The position numbers and the translations under genes were made by a program. The notes below the pieces were generated by a model, which ran no database searches, had not been told where the DNA came from, and saw only the letters and a program-made list of their open reading frames with translations. This document shows, piece after piece, positions 51,177 through 61,077 of a stretch of DNA of 64,000 nucleotides (position 1 is the stretch's first letter; the number at the start of each line of letters is the position of its first letter). Origin of the DNA: an uncultured Gammaproteobacteria bacterium (GTDB lineage: Bacteria > Pseudomonadota > Gammaproteobacteria > JASBUN01); assembly GCA_963762165.1 (NCBI GenBank), contig CAVXJN010000003.1:288694-352693 (forward strand). Direction: 5' to 3'.

Positions 51177-51910
51177 GCCGCCACCACTCGGGTGATCTCC
51201 TGTATGGCTTCGTCGGCGCTCAATACCCGCGCATAACGATCGCGAATGGTGTTGATGGTGGCGTTGTGCAGCGCCGGCGTCACCGTCGCGCAGGCGTCGT
51301 CGATCAGCGTGGTGTGGAAGCCGAGATCGCAGGCATCGCGGATGGCGGTATCGACGCACTCGTTGGTGTAGACACCGCAGATGAACAAACCAGTGACACC
51401 GAGATTGCGCAGCACATATTCCAGGTTGGTCGAATTGAATACGCCGCTGGCGGTTTTGTTGATGACGATTTCATCGCCCACGGGTGCTACGGCCTCGATG
51501 AATTCGGCCTCTTTGGAACCGGGCGGCGCATGCAGGTTCAAGCGCTTGTGGCCTGGGCCGCGGTCACGGCCGTCGCGGGTCATGGACTGAATGCGGGTGT
51601 GGATCACTTCCAGATCATTGGCCCGGAACGCGTCCTGCAGCTTGCGGATATTGGGGAACACGAAATGGTCCAGGCGATCGAAATAGTATTCGACCGCTTC
51701 CGGGGGTACGCCGGATTTTTCCACGTCCGCAAAAACGCCGTGGCCGCGCGCGGCGTCGAGATATTGCACATCGATCACCAGCAGCGCCGTGTGATGAGTC
51801 TTGAGGGATTTGACCACCTTCGGATGTTCGGCGATCGCGCCCCGGTAACTCTCGCGCAGCGGGTCGACGTTGAGATAAGCGGGCTCCAACGGCTTGCGGT
51901 CTTCAGTCAT
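51173..51910 (-). CDS. Isochorismatase-family cysteine hydrolase (N-carbamoylsarcosine amidase / RutB / biuret hydrolase-like)
   Basis: TALLVIDVQ (Asp), K at INKTASG, and nucleophile Cys in GLFICGVYTNECV fit the isochorismatase catalytic triad. Confidence 0.75.
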   Translation of the reverse strand: MTEDRKPLEPAYLNVDPLRESYRGAIAEHPKVVKSLKTHHTALLVIDVQYLDAARGHGVFADVEKSGVPPEAVEYYFDRLDHFVFPNIRKLQDAFRANDLEVIHTRIQSMTRDGRDRGPGHKRLNLHAPPGSKEAEFIEAVAPVGDEIVINKTASGVFNSTNLEYVLRNLGVTGLFICGVYTNECVDTAIRDACDLGFHTTLIDDACATVTPALHNATINTIRDRYARVLSADEAIQEITRVVAA

Positions 51911-51922
51911 GGATGCTTCTCA

Positions 51923-53164
51923 CTAGCTGGCCAATCGATAAAGCGTGTTGAGCAATACATTGGCGCCGTTCTCGATGTCTTCCCACGGCGTCCATTCCGC
52001 TGGAGAGTGACTGCGGCCATCCTTGCTCGGAACGAACACCATGCCGGCCCGGGTCAGCGACGCCATCATCTGGGTATCGTGGGCAGCACCGCTCGGCATC
52101 ACCAGGCTCTCGGCATTCAGGCTGCGCGCCGATTCCTGGATGATCTGGACGATGCCCGGATCGCATTTGACCGGCGCGATTTCCGACAGCACTTCGAATT
52201 CGAACATCAGGCCGCGGCGGCGGCCGATCGCGGAAATGGCCTTGCGAAAAGCGTGAGACAACTGCTCCAGCACTTGCGGGTCAGTGTCGCGCACTTCCAG
52301 GGAAAACTCGGCGCGACCGGGAACGACGTTGGCGGCACCGGGTTTCAGCGCCACGCGACCGATGGTGGCGACGCTGCGGGCACTGCCGTCTTCTTCCAAA
52401 ATGCGCGGAATTTCGCCGCCCAGTTCCGCCAGGCCCTGAAACGCGTCGTTGCGCATGTCCATGGGCGTGGTGCCGGCGTGGTTGGCAGTACCGATCAGAT
52501 GCACGTCCCACTTGAACAGACCGGCGATGCCCTCGACCACACCGATGGGCAGGTGCTTGCGGTCCAAAACCGGCCCCTGCTCGATGTGCAGTTCGACAAA
52601 CGCGTGCACGCTCTCCGGAGTGCGCCGCGCCCGTAACGCGTCGATGGCGTTCAGACCGCGCTCGGCCATGGCGTCCACCAGGGTGACGCCGTTCAGATCG
52701 CGGGCGTTATAGATCTTTTCCGGCGTCAGTTTGCCGGCGATGGCCTGTGAACCGACCATACCGCCGAAGCGGCCCTCCTCATCAGTGAACGCCACCGACT
52801 CCAAAGGATAGCGCAATGGCAATTGCAGTTCCTTGAGCCGGCGCACGCACTCCAGGCCGACCACCACGCCGAGCGCGCCGTCCAGGTGCCCGGCGCCGGG
52901 AACGCTGTCGAGATGGGAGCCGGTCATGACGCTGGGACGCTCGCCGTCCCAACCCAAGCGGCCGTAGATATTGGCGGCGCCGTCCACATGCAGGTCCAGC
53001 CCTGCCTCCTCGATCCGCGCCCGGAACCATTCGCGACCGGCCATGTCGCCGTCGCTGAAGGCCATGCGATAGACGCCGTGATCTTCGCGCCGGCCGATAT
53101 TGCCGAGGGCCTCGACATCACGTTGCAACCGGTCGAAATCGACTTTTAAAGGTCCTTCGGTCAT
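51923..53164 (-). CDS. M20-family Zn-dependent amidohydrolase (N-carbamoyl-L-amino-acid hydrolase / allantoate amidohydrolase / beta-ureidopropionase family)
   Basis: GSHLDSVPGAGHLDGALGVVVGLE, FTDEEGRFG (metal-binding D/E), HAGTTPMDMRNDA. ~413 aa. Confidence 0.8.
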   Translation of the reverse strand: MTEGPLKVDFDRLQRDVEALGNIGRREDHGVYRMAFSDGDMAGREWFRARIEEAGLDLHVDGAANIYGRLGWDGERPSVMTGSHLDSVPGAGHLDGALGVVVGLECVRRLKELQLPLRYPLESVAFTDEEGRFGGMVGSQAIAGKLTPEKIYNARDLNGVTLVDAMAERGLNAIDALRARRTPESVHAFVELHIEQGPVLDRKHLPIGVVEGIAGLFKWDVHLIGTANHAGTTPMDMRNDAFQGLAELGGEIPRILEEDGSARSVATIGRVALKPGAANVVPGRAEFSLEVRDTDPQVLEQLSHAFRKAISAIGRRRGLMFEFEVLSEIAPVKCDPGIVQIIQESARSLNAESLVMPSGAAHDTQMMASLTRAGMVFVPSKDGRSHSPAEWTPWEDIENGANVLLNTLYRLAS

Positions 53165-53658
53165 CCATTCCCCTTGTGATTCGACTTCAGATTGCCGCCG
53201 ACCACCAGCCCGAGGGTTGCCAGAAACACGCCGGCACCGACACCGAAAAAGGTCCATGCGCGGCCCAGGCTGTGGTGTTCGACGGCGATTTGGACGCTGT
53301 CGCTCCAGGGTCCGGGCTGGCCGTTCTCCGGATTCAGGCGCACCCGGTAGTAGTACTGGCCGTCGGTCCGGCCACTTAACAGGGAGGCGCGGTCGGGACC
53401 CTGATACAAGGTCCGCGGCGCGGTGAAGTCCGCGTTCTGCGCTTCCTGGAGTTCGAAACGACGGTTGTCCGACTGCGGCCAGTCCCAGGTGAGGCGGTAA
53501 TATCCCGCAGTTGCTACGGTGGTATCGGTGTGCAGGGTCGGTACATCCGCGCTCGCAGCCAGCGGCCAGCCCCCGAAAAAGAGCAGCAACAAGAGCACAT
53601 TCCGGTGTCGGACGCGAGCCTTTGACGCGCGCCGCCGGACTGAATTCGGTTCGCCCAT
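53161..53658 (-). CDS. Exported fibronectin type III-like domain protein with signal peptide and C-terminal TM anchor; first gene of the operon
   Basis: Signal peptide ...LLLLLFFGGWPLAASA. FN3-like strands GYYRLTW...YYYRVRL. C-terminal helix AWTFFGVGAGVFLATLGLVVGG. ATGA overlap with the M20 gene. Confidence 0.5.
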   Translation of the reverse strand: MGEPNSVRRRASKARVRHRNVLLLLLFFGGWPLAASADVPTLHTDTTVATAGYYRLTWDWPQSDNRRFELQEAQNADFTAPRTLYQGPDRASLLSGRTDGQYYYRVRLNPENGQPGPWSDSVQIAVEHHSLGRAWTFFGVGAGVFLATLGLVVGGNLKSNHKGNG

Positions 53659-53868
53659 GGCACGATACTTTTGTGACAAACGATTTTGTACAATAACATT
53701 TCCACGCTGCCGTTTCACCCCGGCAATGGCTCTGCCGACACCGCGCTTCGTGCCTAAGCTCTTGCTTAATAGGCAAAACTTTCCGGCGTCTCGGGTGGTT
53801 CGCGAGATGACCGGGGTGCCCTTACGCTGCTACAATGACCGACCTTCGCACTACCCGAATCGAATTCC

Positions 53869-55866
53869 GTGTCCAAACTCAATGCACGCCAGGCGGCCGC
53901 GGTCGAACATGTGGACAGCCCGCTACTGGTGCTGGCCGGCGCCGGCAGCGGCAAAACCCGTGTCATCGCCCAAAAGATAGCCCATCTGATCCGCACCCGG
54001 CGCATGGAGCCCCGGCACATCGCGGCGGTGACCTTCACCAACAAGGCTGCCCGGGAAATGAAGCAGCGGGTCCAGGGCCTTTTGGGGGCGGATGCCAAAG
54101 CTGTGCGGATTTCGACCTTTCACACCCTGGGGCTGGAAATCATTCGACGCGAGCATCATCGGCTCGGTTACAAGCCCGGCTTCACGATCTTCGACAGCCA
54201 GGACAGCGCCGCGCTGCTGCATGAGCTGAGTCGCAAGGAAATGCCACTGCCGCAGGATCAGGAACAGCGCCTGCGCTGGCAGATTTCGCAATGGAAAAAT
54301 CAATTCCTGTCCCCGCAGCAAGCGCTGGCCGGCGCTGCCGACGGCCAGGAACACGGCGCCGCTAAGCTCTACGAGCGCTACAACCATTTTCTGAAAACCT
54401 ACAATGCGGTGGATTTCGACGATCTGATCTCGCTGCCGGCAGCCCTGTTCGCCGAAGACACCGAAGCGCTCGGCGCCTGGCGCGAACATATCCGCTATCT
54501 CCTGGTGGACGAATACCAGGACACCAACGCCGCACAGTACGAACTGGTGCGCATGCTGGTCGGTAAGCGGGACGGTTTGACGGTGGTCGGCGACGACGAT
54601 CAATCGATTTACGCTTGGCGCGGCGCGCGGCCCGAAAACCTGCGGCAATTGGCGGTGGACTTTGCCGGGCTCAAGGTCATCAAGCTGGAGCAGAACTACC
54701 GCTCGGCGGGGCGCATTTTGCGGGCGGCCAACACGCTGATCGCCAACAACGGCCATCTGTACGAAAAGCGGCTTTGGAGCGAGCTGGGGCCGGGGGATCC
54801 GATTCGCATTCTGGAATGCCGCGACGGCGACCACGAGGCCGAACGGGTGGTGGGTCAATTGCTCCACCACCACTATCGCCACAAGACGCAGTTCCATGAC
54901 TACGCCATCTTGTATCGCGGCAACCATCAGTCCCGCGTGTTCGAGCGCGCTTTACGCGAACACCGCATTCCCTATCACCTGAGCGGCGGCTCGTCGTTTT
55001 TCGACCGCACCGAGATCAAGGATCTGATGGCGTACCTGCGATTGTTGGTCAATCCCAAGGACGACGCCGCGTTTCTGCGGGCGGTCAACACGCCGCGCCG
55101 CGGGATCGGACCGGGCACCGTGGAAAAGCTCACCGCGGTGGCGAATCGGGCGGGCGGCAGTCTTTGCGATGCCTGCTCCGGCCTCGATCTCGGGACGACG
55201 CTCGGCACCCGCGCCGCCGCCAACTTGCGCCAATTCGGCGCTTGGATCCGCAGCCTGTCAGAGGCGGCGGAAGCGGGCGAAATCACGGCAACGGTGCGCA
55301 AGTTGATCGTCGACATCGATTACGAAGAGTGGTTGCGCCAGCAAAGTCCGGATCCTGAATCCGCGCGCCGGCGGTGGGAGAACGTCAACGAGCTGCGCGA
55401 ATGGCTGGACCGCTCGGTACGGCAGGCCGCAGCCGAGGCGTCTTTGGGAGAGGTGTTGGCGCAAATGGCGTTGCTCGACGCGCTGGACCGGGATCAGGAC
55501 GACGCGGGCAATGCGGTGCATTTGATGACTTTGCACGCCGCCAAGGGGCTGGAATTCGATCACGTGTTCCTCGCCGGCATGGAAGAGGAACTGCTGCCCC
55601 ACCGCAACAGCATCGAGGACAGCCTCGAGGAAGAGCGCCGCCTGGCCTACGTCGGCATTACCCGTGCACGCAGAACGTTGACCATGACCCTTGCCGCCAA
55701 ACGCAAACGCTACGGCGAATGGCACGGCTGCGAGCCGAGCCGCTTCCTGGCCGAATTGCCCGCGGGGGATCTGGAATGGGAGTCCAAAGTCCCGGACGAT
55801 CCCGAAGAACGCAAGCAACGCGGCCAATCCCACCTTGCCCATCTGCGCAGCCTGCTGGCGGAATGA
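53869..55866 (+). CDS. rep: ATP-dependent DNA helicase Rep (UvrD/Rep family, superfamily 1)
   Basis: Close alignment to E. coli Rep along the full 665 aa: LLVLAGAGSGKTRVI, VTFTNKAAREM, YLLVDEYQDTN, VVGDDDQSIYAWRGA, LEQNYRS, RRLAYVGITRA. Confidence 0.85.
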   Translation: MSKLNARQAAAVEHVDSPLLVLAGAGSGKTRVIAQKIAHLIRTRRMEPRHIAAVTFTNKAAREMKQRVQGLLGADAKAVRISTFHTLGLEIIRREHHRLGYKPGFTIFDSQDSAALLHELSRKEMPLPQDQEQRLRWQISQWKNQFLSPQQALAGAADGQEHGAAKLYERYNHFLKTYNAVDFDDLISLPAALFAEDTEALGAWREHIRYLLVDEYQDTNAAQYELVRMLVGKRDGLTVVGDDDQSIYAWRGARPENLRQLAVDFAGLKVIKLEQNYRSAGRILRAANTLIANNGHLYEKRLWSELGPGDPIRILECRDGDHEAERVVGQLLHHHYRHKTQFHDYAILYRGNHQSRVFERALREHRIPYHLSGGSSFFDRTEIKDLMAYLRLLVNPKDDAAFLRAVNTPRRGIGPGTVEKLTAVANRAGGSLCDACSGLDLGTTLGTRAAANLRQFGAWIRSLSEAAEAGEITATVRKLIVDIDYEEWLRQQSPDPESARRRWENVNELREWLDRSVRQAAAEASLGEVLAQMALLDALDRDQDDAGNAVHLMTLHAAKGLEFDHVFLAGMEEELLPHRNSIEDSLEEERRLAYVGITRARRTLTMTLAAKRKRYGEWHGCEPSRFLAELPAGDLEWESKVPDDPEERKQRGQSHLAHLRSLLAE

Positions 55867-55995
55867 GCGCACGGCGCACGATCCGCGAAGCGTCCGCCAA
55901 CCGAAACCGCGGTTTCCTCCGAAACCCGCCTTAGGGTTCGCCCGGACCTTGGCCCAGGCTGGATGACGTTTTCGAAGCTGACGCCGTAACGCAAA

Positions 55996-56015
55996 GAGCC
56001 GCCCGAAGGCGGCTC
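55996..56015 (-). terminator. Rho-independent-type hairpin (GAGCCGCC-CGAA-GGCGGCTC) downstream of the cytochrome c5 gene, convergent with rep
   Basis: 8-bp GC stem. On the minus strand it is followed by TTTGCGTT. Confidence 0.5.
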
Positions 56016-56040
56016 TCGATTGCTGCTCCAGGCGCTGCGT

Positions 56041-56880
56041 CTAGAAGCCGGTTTCCTTGAGCATGTAATGAACGGCATCGCTGATTTCTTCCTTGCTGTA
56101 ATCGCCGCCGCCTTTCGGAGGCATCGCGCCTTTGCCATTCATAGCGTTTTGCATCAAGGTATCCATGCCTTGGTCTACGCGCGGCTTCCACGCTTCCTTG
56201 TCGCCGATCTTGGGAGCGCCAGCAACGCCAGTGGCGTGACACGCGGCGCAGGTCTTCTGCACCACTTCCTTGCCTCGAGCGAGATCGGCCCCGGCTGATG
56301 CGCCACCCCCCGCCTTGGCTTCGGACCCGCCGTCGGATTTGGCTTCGCCCTTGCCAGGCGCAGCGGCACCCTTTTCGGCGCCGCCAGAATCACCGCCGGC
56401 GATTTCCACACCGGTTTCGTCCAACATATAGGTAATCGCCTTCTTGATTTCCGCGTCGGTCTCCTGACCACCGCCGCGGGGCGGCATTGCGCCCTTGCCG
56501 TTGATCGCCGACTGCATCAACGCGTCGATACCCTTGGCCGCGCGCGGTTTCCACGCCTCTTTATCGCCGATTTTCGGCGCGCCGGCAGCCCCGGTCTTGT
56601 GGCAGGCACCGCACACGGCGTCGACCACTTCCTTGCCCGAACGGCCGCCGCCTTCGTTGGCACCCGCCGCTGCCGTACTTTCGCCGCCGCCGGTTTCCAC
56701 GTGACCCACCGGTTGAATGCGCTCGTTGGTCGCCTTCTCGGCCATTTTCAAAGTTGCAGGACCGTTGTCGTTCATCTTCGACAACATTTGCGCTGCAAAG
56801 AAGAAAATCACGGCGAGGAGCACAAGCCCGATCAGCACCGCGACTGCAGTGCGGACAAAATCTCGATCTTGTTGAATCAC
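56041..56880 (-). CDS. Membrane-anchored diheme cytochrome c5-type protein (two class-I cytochrome c domains)
   Basis: Two CxxCH motifs (CGACH, CAACH), each followed by GAMPP(R/K)GGG Met-ligand region. N-terminal TM helix. Confidence 0.8.
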   Translation of the reverse strand: MIQQDRDFVRTAVAVLIGLVLLAVIFFFAAQMLSKMNDNGPATLKMAEKATNERIQPVGHVETGGGESTAAAGANEGGGRSGKEVVDAVCGACHKTGAAGAPKIGDKEAWKPRAAKGIDALMQSAINGKGAMPPRGGGQETDAEIKKAITYMLDETGVEIAGGDSGGAEKGAAAPGKGEAKSDGGSEAKAGGGASAGADLARGKEVVQKTCAACHATGVAGAPKIGDKEAWKPRVDQGMDTLMQNAMNGKGAMPPKGGGDYSKEEISDAVHYMLKETGF

Positions 56881-57204
56881 GATGGTCTCCGTGTTGTTAG
56901 TTCAAAACTGCGATCCGGGCATCGCGCCCCCAGCTACGGCACGATATACAGCCCGGCAGTATACTGGCATTCGCCGTACACGAAAACCGCGCCTATTCCT
57001 GCAACTGACCGCAGAATCCTCGCCCCTTCGCCGGTTCCTTCCGCCGGGATTTTGCAGCGGTTGGCCGCACATGCGCGGATCTTGAATATGCAATACCCCC
57101 ATACTTCTTATGATCAAGCCCGCCGTCCGCCCTGCTCCCGAAGCGTGTCGTGCTTCCACCTAAACTTGATTGCGCCAGCGTGACGTAAGGAATCTGGCCC
57201 GGCC

Positions 57205-57232
57205 TTGCAATAGCCTAAGTGGGACATATAAT
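57205..57232 (+). promoter_or_regulatory. Sigma70-type promoter for the emrR-like/emrA/emrB operon: -35 TTGCAA (57205-57210), 16-nt spacer, -10 TATAAT (57227-57232)
   Basis: Direct read. Lies 29 nt upstream of the regulator ATG at 57261. Confidence 0.45.
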
Positions 57233-57260
57233 AAGTACACCTTACCAATTAGGCACTCTC

Positions 57261-57731
57261 ATGCAACACGACGATCCAAGCCGCAACCTGGGCTTTCTGG
57301 TGCACGAAGTGGCACGTCTGATGCGCCGGCGCTTCGACCGTCGGGTGCAATCGCTCGGTCTGACCCAAGCGCAATGGCGCACCCTGGTGCATCTATCCCG
57401 CTGTCAGGGGATGAACCAAGCGGCCCTCGCGGAAATCCTCGAAATCCGCCCGATCACCCTGACCCGGCTGCTGGACAAACTGCAGCAGGCGGGTTGGATC
57501 GAACGTCGGCTGGATCCGACCGACCGGCGCGTGTTCCGGCTCTATATCACCGAGCAGGCACAACCGATGCTCGCGGAACTGGAAACCGCCGCCGCTGAGA
57601 CCCGCGCTGAAGCCACCCAGGGTCTGAGCAATGCCATGCGCAAGGAATTGATCGATTTGCTATGCGCCGTCAAAGGCAACCTCCTGGCTGCCGAACGCAG
57701 CCGCGAACCCGAGCAAGCCATCCATGAGTAA
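57261..57731 (+). CDS. MarR-family transcriptional regulator (EmrR/MprA-like repressor of the adjacent efflux operon)
   Basis: Winged-helix MarR signature (LTQAQWRTLVHLSRCQGMNQAALAEILEIRPITLTRLLDKLQQAGWIERRLDPTDRR). Confidence 0.8.
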   Translation: MQHDDPSRNLGFLVHEVARLMRRRFDRRVQSLGLTQAQWRTLVHLSRCQGMNQAALAEILEIRPITLTRLLDKLQQAGWIERRLDPTDRRVFRLYITEQAQPMLAELETAAAETRAEATQGLSNAMRKELIDLLCAVKGNLLAAERSREPEQAIHE

Positions 57732-58881
57732 CGATACCGGAACCAATGAAGCCCCCAAGCCGACGGCGCCGGCAGGCGCTGCCGAGGACGGCCCGCGGTC
57801 GCGCCGCCGCGTGCGGCGAATCCTGCTCTGGGCCGGACCCCTGGTGGTGGTACTGGTTGCCGGATTCTTCTATTTCACCAGCGGCCGCTACGTCAGCACC
57901 GACAATGCCTATGTCAAAGCCGACAAAGTCGCGGTCAGCCCGCAAGTCGAAGGCGCCGTTGTCGATGTGCAAGTAGCGGAAAATCAGCACGTGGACAAAG
58001 GTCAGGTGCTGTTCCAAATCGATCCGGCGCCGTTTCGGATCGCGCTGCAGCAGGCCGGAGCCCAGCTTGACAGCGTGCACGCCGACCTGATCGCGCTCAA
58101 AGCGCAGTACCGTCAAAGCCAGGAACAACTGCAACTGGCACAAAGCAACCGCAACTACGCGCAACGGGAGTTGCAGCGTCAGCTGGGGCTCGACAAGCGC
58201 AAGCTGACCTCGCAAGCAGCCGTCGACCAGGCGCGCCATACCGCGGAACAGGCCAAGCAGAGCATTGAAGTGAACCGCGAGCAAATGGCGCAGATCCAGG
58301 CCCAGCTCGGCGGCGACGTCACACTGCCCGTGGAGCAACATCCGCGTTATCGCGCAGCGCTGGCAGCCAAACAGCGGGCGGAGCTGGATTTGCAGCACAC
58401 CACCGTGCGGGCCCCGTTCTCCGGTATCGCCAGCAACACGCCCGAGCCCGGCGCCTACGTCAAACCCGGCAGTCCGGTGATGGCGGTGGTCGCCGAAGGT
58501 GACGTCTGGGTGGTGGCGAACTTCAAGGAAACCGATCTCACCCACGTGCATCCGGGGCAGCCGGTGACGATTCACGTCGATACCTATCCCGGCCGGGAAT
58601 GGCACGGCCGGGTGGCGAGCGTGAGCCAGGCCACCGGCTCGGAGTTCTCGGTACTGCCGGCACAGAACGCGACCGGCAACTGGGTCAAGGTGGTGCAGCG
58701 GATTCCGGTGCGCATCTCGGTGCAAGCCGCTGCCAACGACCAGGTGCTGCGTTCGGGTATGAGCACCGAAGTCGACATCGATACCGGCAGCTACCGCGCC
58801 ATCCCCGGCTTTGCCCGCACCATGCTCAATCGCATGGGTGTGCTCACTGCAAACGCCGCGGAGCCCCCGAACGGCTCATGA
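57724..58881 (+). CDS. emrA: Multidrug efflux membrane fusion protein (HlyD/EmrA family)
   Basis: N-terminal TM anchor, coiled-coil region, HlyD beta-barrel. Overlaps the regulator stop. Confidence 0.85.
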   Translation: MSNDTGTNEAPKPTAPAGAAEDGPRSRRRVRRILLWAGPLVVVLVAGFFYFTSGRYVSTDNAYVKADKVAVSPQVEGAVVDVQVAENQHVDKGQVLFQIDPAPFRIALQQAGAQLDSVHADLIALKAQYRQSQEQLQLAQSNRNYAQRELQRQLGLDKRKLTSQAAVDQARHTAEQAKQSIEVNREQMAQIQAQLGGDVTLPVEQHPRYRAALAAKQRAELDLQHTTVRAPFSGIASNTPEPGAYVKPGSPVMAVVAEGDVWVVANFKETDLTHVHPGQPVTIHVDTYPGREWHGRVASVSQATGSEFSVLPAQNATGNWVKVVQRIPVRISVQAAANDQVLRSGMSTEVDIDTGSYRAIPGFARTMLNRMGVLTANAAEPPNGS

Positions 58882-60401
58882 GCGCCGCCCGCCATCGCGG
58901 CCTGATCACCGCCTCCATCATGCTGGCGACGGTGATGCAGGCGCTGGATACCACCATTGCCAACGTCGCCCTGCCGCACATGCAGGGCGCGCTGTCGGCG
59001 ACGTTGGATCAGGTGGGCTGGGTACTCACCTCCTACATCATCGCCGCCGCGATCATGACGCCGCCGACCGGCTTTCTCGCTGCGCGCTTTGGCCGCAAGC
59101 GGGTGTTCATGGTGGCGGTAAGCGGTTTCACCATTGCCTCCATGTTATGCGGAGCGGCGACCTCCTTGAACGAAATGGTGGCGTTCCGATTGCTGCAAGG
59201 CGCCTTCGGCGCCGGCCTGGTGCCCCTGTCCCAGGCCGTGCTGCTGGATACCTATCCACGCGAACGCCACGCCTCGGCCATGGCCATGTGGGGCGTGGGT
59301 GTCATGGTCGGTCCGATTCTCGGGCCGACCCTGGGCGGGTACTTGACCGAGGTCTACAACTGGCGATGGGTATTCTATATCAATCTGCCCTTCGGCCTGC
59401 TTGCTCTGCTGGGTATCCTGACTTTCGTCCCGGAGACCAAGGCCGACCGCAGCCGGCCGTTCGACTGGTTTGGATTCACCCTGCTGAGCCTCGCCATCGG
59501 TGCGTTGCAGCTGATGCTCGACCGCGGCCAATCCCGGGATTGGTTCACCTCCACCGAGATCATCGTCGAAAGCGTACTGTCGGCGCTGTTCCTCTATATG
59601 TTCATCGTCCACATGCTCACCGACCGGCGTCCGTTCCTGGAGCCGGGGCTGTTCAAGGATCGCAACTTCTCTCTCGGCCTGGTGTTCATTTTCGTGGTCG
59701 GCATCATATTGCTCGCGACGCTGGCGCTGTTGCCGCCGTTTTTGCAGAACCTGATGGGTTACCCGGTGATCACCACCGGCTTCGTACTGGCGCCGCGCGG
59801 GGTAGGCACCATGATCGCCATGCTCATGGTGGGAAGGCTGGCAGGCAAAGTGGACCCGCGAGCCATGATTTTCGCCGGTCTGAGCCTGACCGCCCTGTCG
59901 CTTTGGGAAATGAGCCACTTCACACTACAGGTGGATACCTGGTCCATCGTCCGCACCGGCGTCACCCAGGGACTGGGCCTGGGCTTCATTTTCGTGCCCT
60001 TGAGCACCATCACGTTCGCTACGCTGAAGCCCCAGTGGCGCACCGAAGGTACCGCCATGTTCAGCCTCATGCGCAACATCGGCAGCAGCATCGGCATCTC
60101 GATCATGGTGACGCTGCTGGCCCGCAATACCCAAGCCAACCACGCTCTGCTGACGAGCGCGTTGACGCCGTTCAATAGCGCCTTGCAGGCAGCCGGACAG
60201 CTCTGGAACCCGAGCACTGCCGCAGGCGCCGCGGCCCTGAACGGCGAAGTGACCCGGCAGGCCGCCGCAATCGCCTACCTGGCAGACTTCCGCATAATGA
60301 TGTGGGTGACGTTACTGGCGATGCCGTTGCTGGTCTTGTTGCGCAGACCGAGCCACACTGCCCGCGAAACCGACCCGGGGGCGGTGGCCGGCGAGGCATG
60401 A
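58878..60401 (+). CDS. emrB: Multidrug efflux MFS transporter, DHA2 family (EmrB-like, 14 TM)
   Basis: LATVMQALDTTIANVALPHMQGAL N-terminus, MFS motifs. ATGA overlap with emrA. Confidence 0.85.
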   Translation: MSAARHRGLITASIMLATVMQALDTTIANVALPHMQGALSATLDQVGWVLTSYIIAAAIMTPPTGFLAARFGRKRVFMVAVSGFTIASMLCGAATSLNEMVAFRLLQGAFGAGLVPLSQAVLLDTYPRERHASAMAMWGVGVMVGPILGPTLGGYLTEVYNWRWVFYINLPFGLLALLGILTFVPETKADRSRPFDWFGFTLLSLAIGALQLMLDRGQSRDWFTSTEIIVESVLSALFLYMFIVHMLTDRRPFLEPGLFKDRNFSLGLVFIFVVGIILLATLALLPPFLQNLMGYPVITTGFVLAPRGVGTMIAMLMVGRLAGKVDPRAMIFAGLSLTALSLWEMSHFTLQVDTWSIVRTGVTQGLGLGFIFVPLSTITFATLKPQWRTEGTAMFSLMRNIGSSIGISIMVTLLARNTQANHALLTSALTPFNSALQAAGQLWNPSTAAGAAALNGEVTRQAAAIAYLADFRIMMWVTLLAMPLLVLLRRPSHTARETDPGAVAGEA

Positions 60402-60567
60402 CCTGAGGCCGGCGCTCCGAACCGCCGATAGACGCTGGCCTCGCGCTCCTTTATCCTATGCCTCCCCTGGCACCACCTGACCACGCCCAAGCGACAGGGT
60501 CATGCGCTAGTCGGCAGGCGCCGCGGTGCCGATGGCACTGCCGGTAGTAAGATGTACAGTGAAGGTT

Positions 60568-60720
60568 TGCGCCATAGTTTTTCTGCCCGCCAGGGTACAG
60601 CGGGATAGAGCGCTGCCCTGCGGAGACAGAGGCCAGAGGTTCGAGCCGAGTCTCCGGCACAGCCGCTACGGCGGACCCGAAGGGGTGAGGGCCGCAGGCC
60701 CGGATAATCCTCTCGGGCGG
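60568..60720 (+). pseudogene. Degenerate tandem copy of tRNA-Arg (pseudo-tRNA): D- and anticodon-arm and T-arm remnants interrupted by a ~60-nt insertion, plus a duplicated upstream leader
   Basis: CAGCGGGATAGAGCGCTGCCCTGCGGAGACAGAGGCCAGAGGTTCGAG...AATCCTCTCGGGCGG parallels the functional tRNA. Leader ccggtagtaagatgtacagtgaaggtttgcgcc parallels ccggtattagaatgtacagtgaagttttgcgcc. Confidence 0.45.
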
Positions 60721-60752
60721 GCTGCCGGTATTAGAATGTACAGTGAAGTTTT

Positions 60753-60829
<77 letters not shown>

Positions 60830-60837
60830 ATCTGAAA

Positions 60838-60860
60838 TGGTCCGCCACGCGCGGGCCTTT
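60838..60860 (+). terminator. Possible terminator after tRNA-Arg (GC-rich stem ggtccgccacgcgcgggcc followed by TTTTTTG)
   Basis: T6 run at ~60852-60857 after an imperfect GC stem. Confidence 0.35.
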
Positions 60861-61077
60861 TTTGTGGTTCCGGTCGAAAATCGCCGCATCGTCAGTGGGC
60901 CGCAATCCAGCGTGCCCGCGCCCCCGGCAGTCCCTCATCGACGACACCCCAGCGCATCGAGAACCGCCCCAGTGTGGTGCACTAGGCTCACAGTCGGCGG
61001 AAACACCTCGTACACTATACTTTTTGTTTCGACGACAACCGCCCCGTCAGGGGAAATGGAAAAGGGGACAATCCGGC

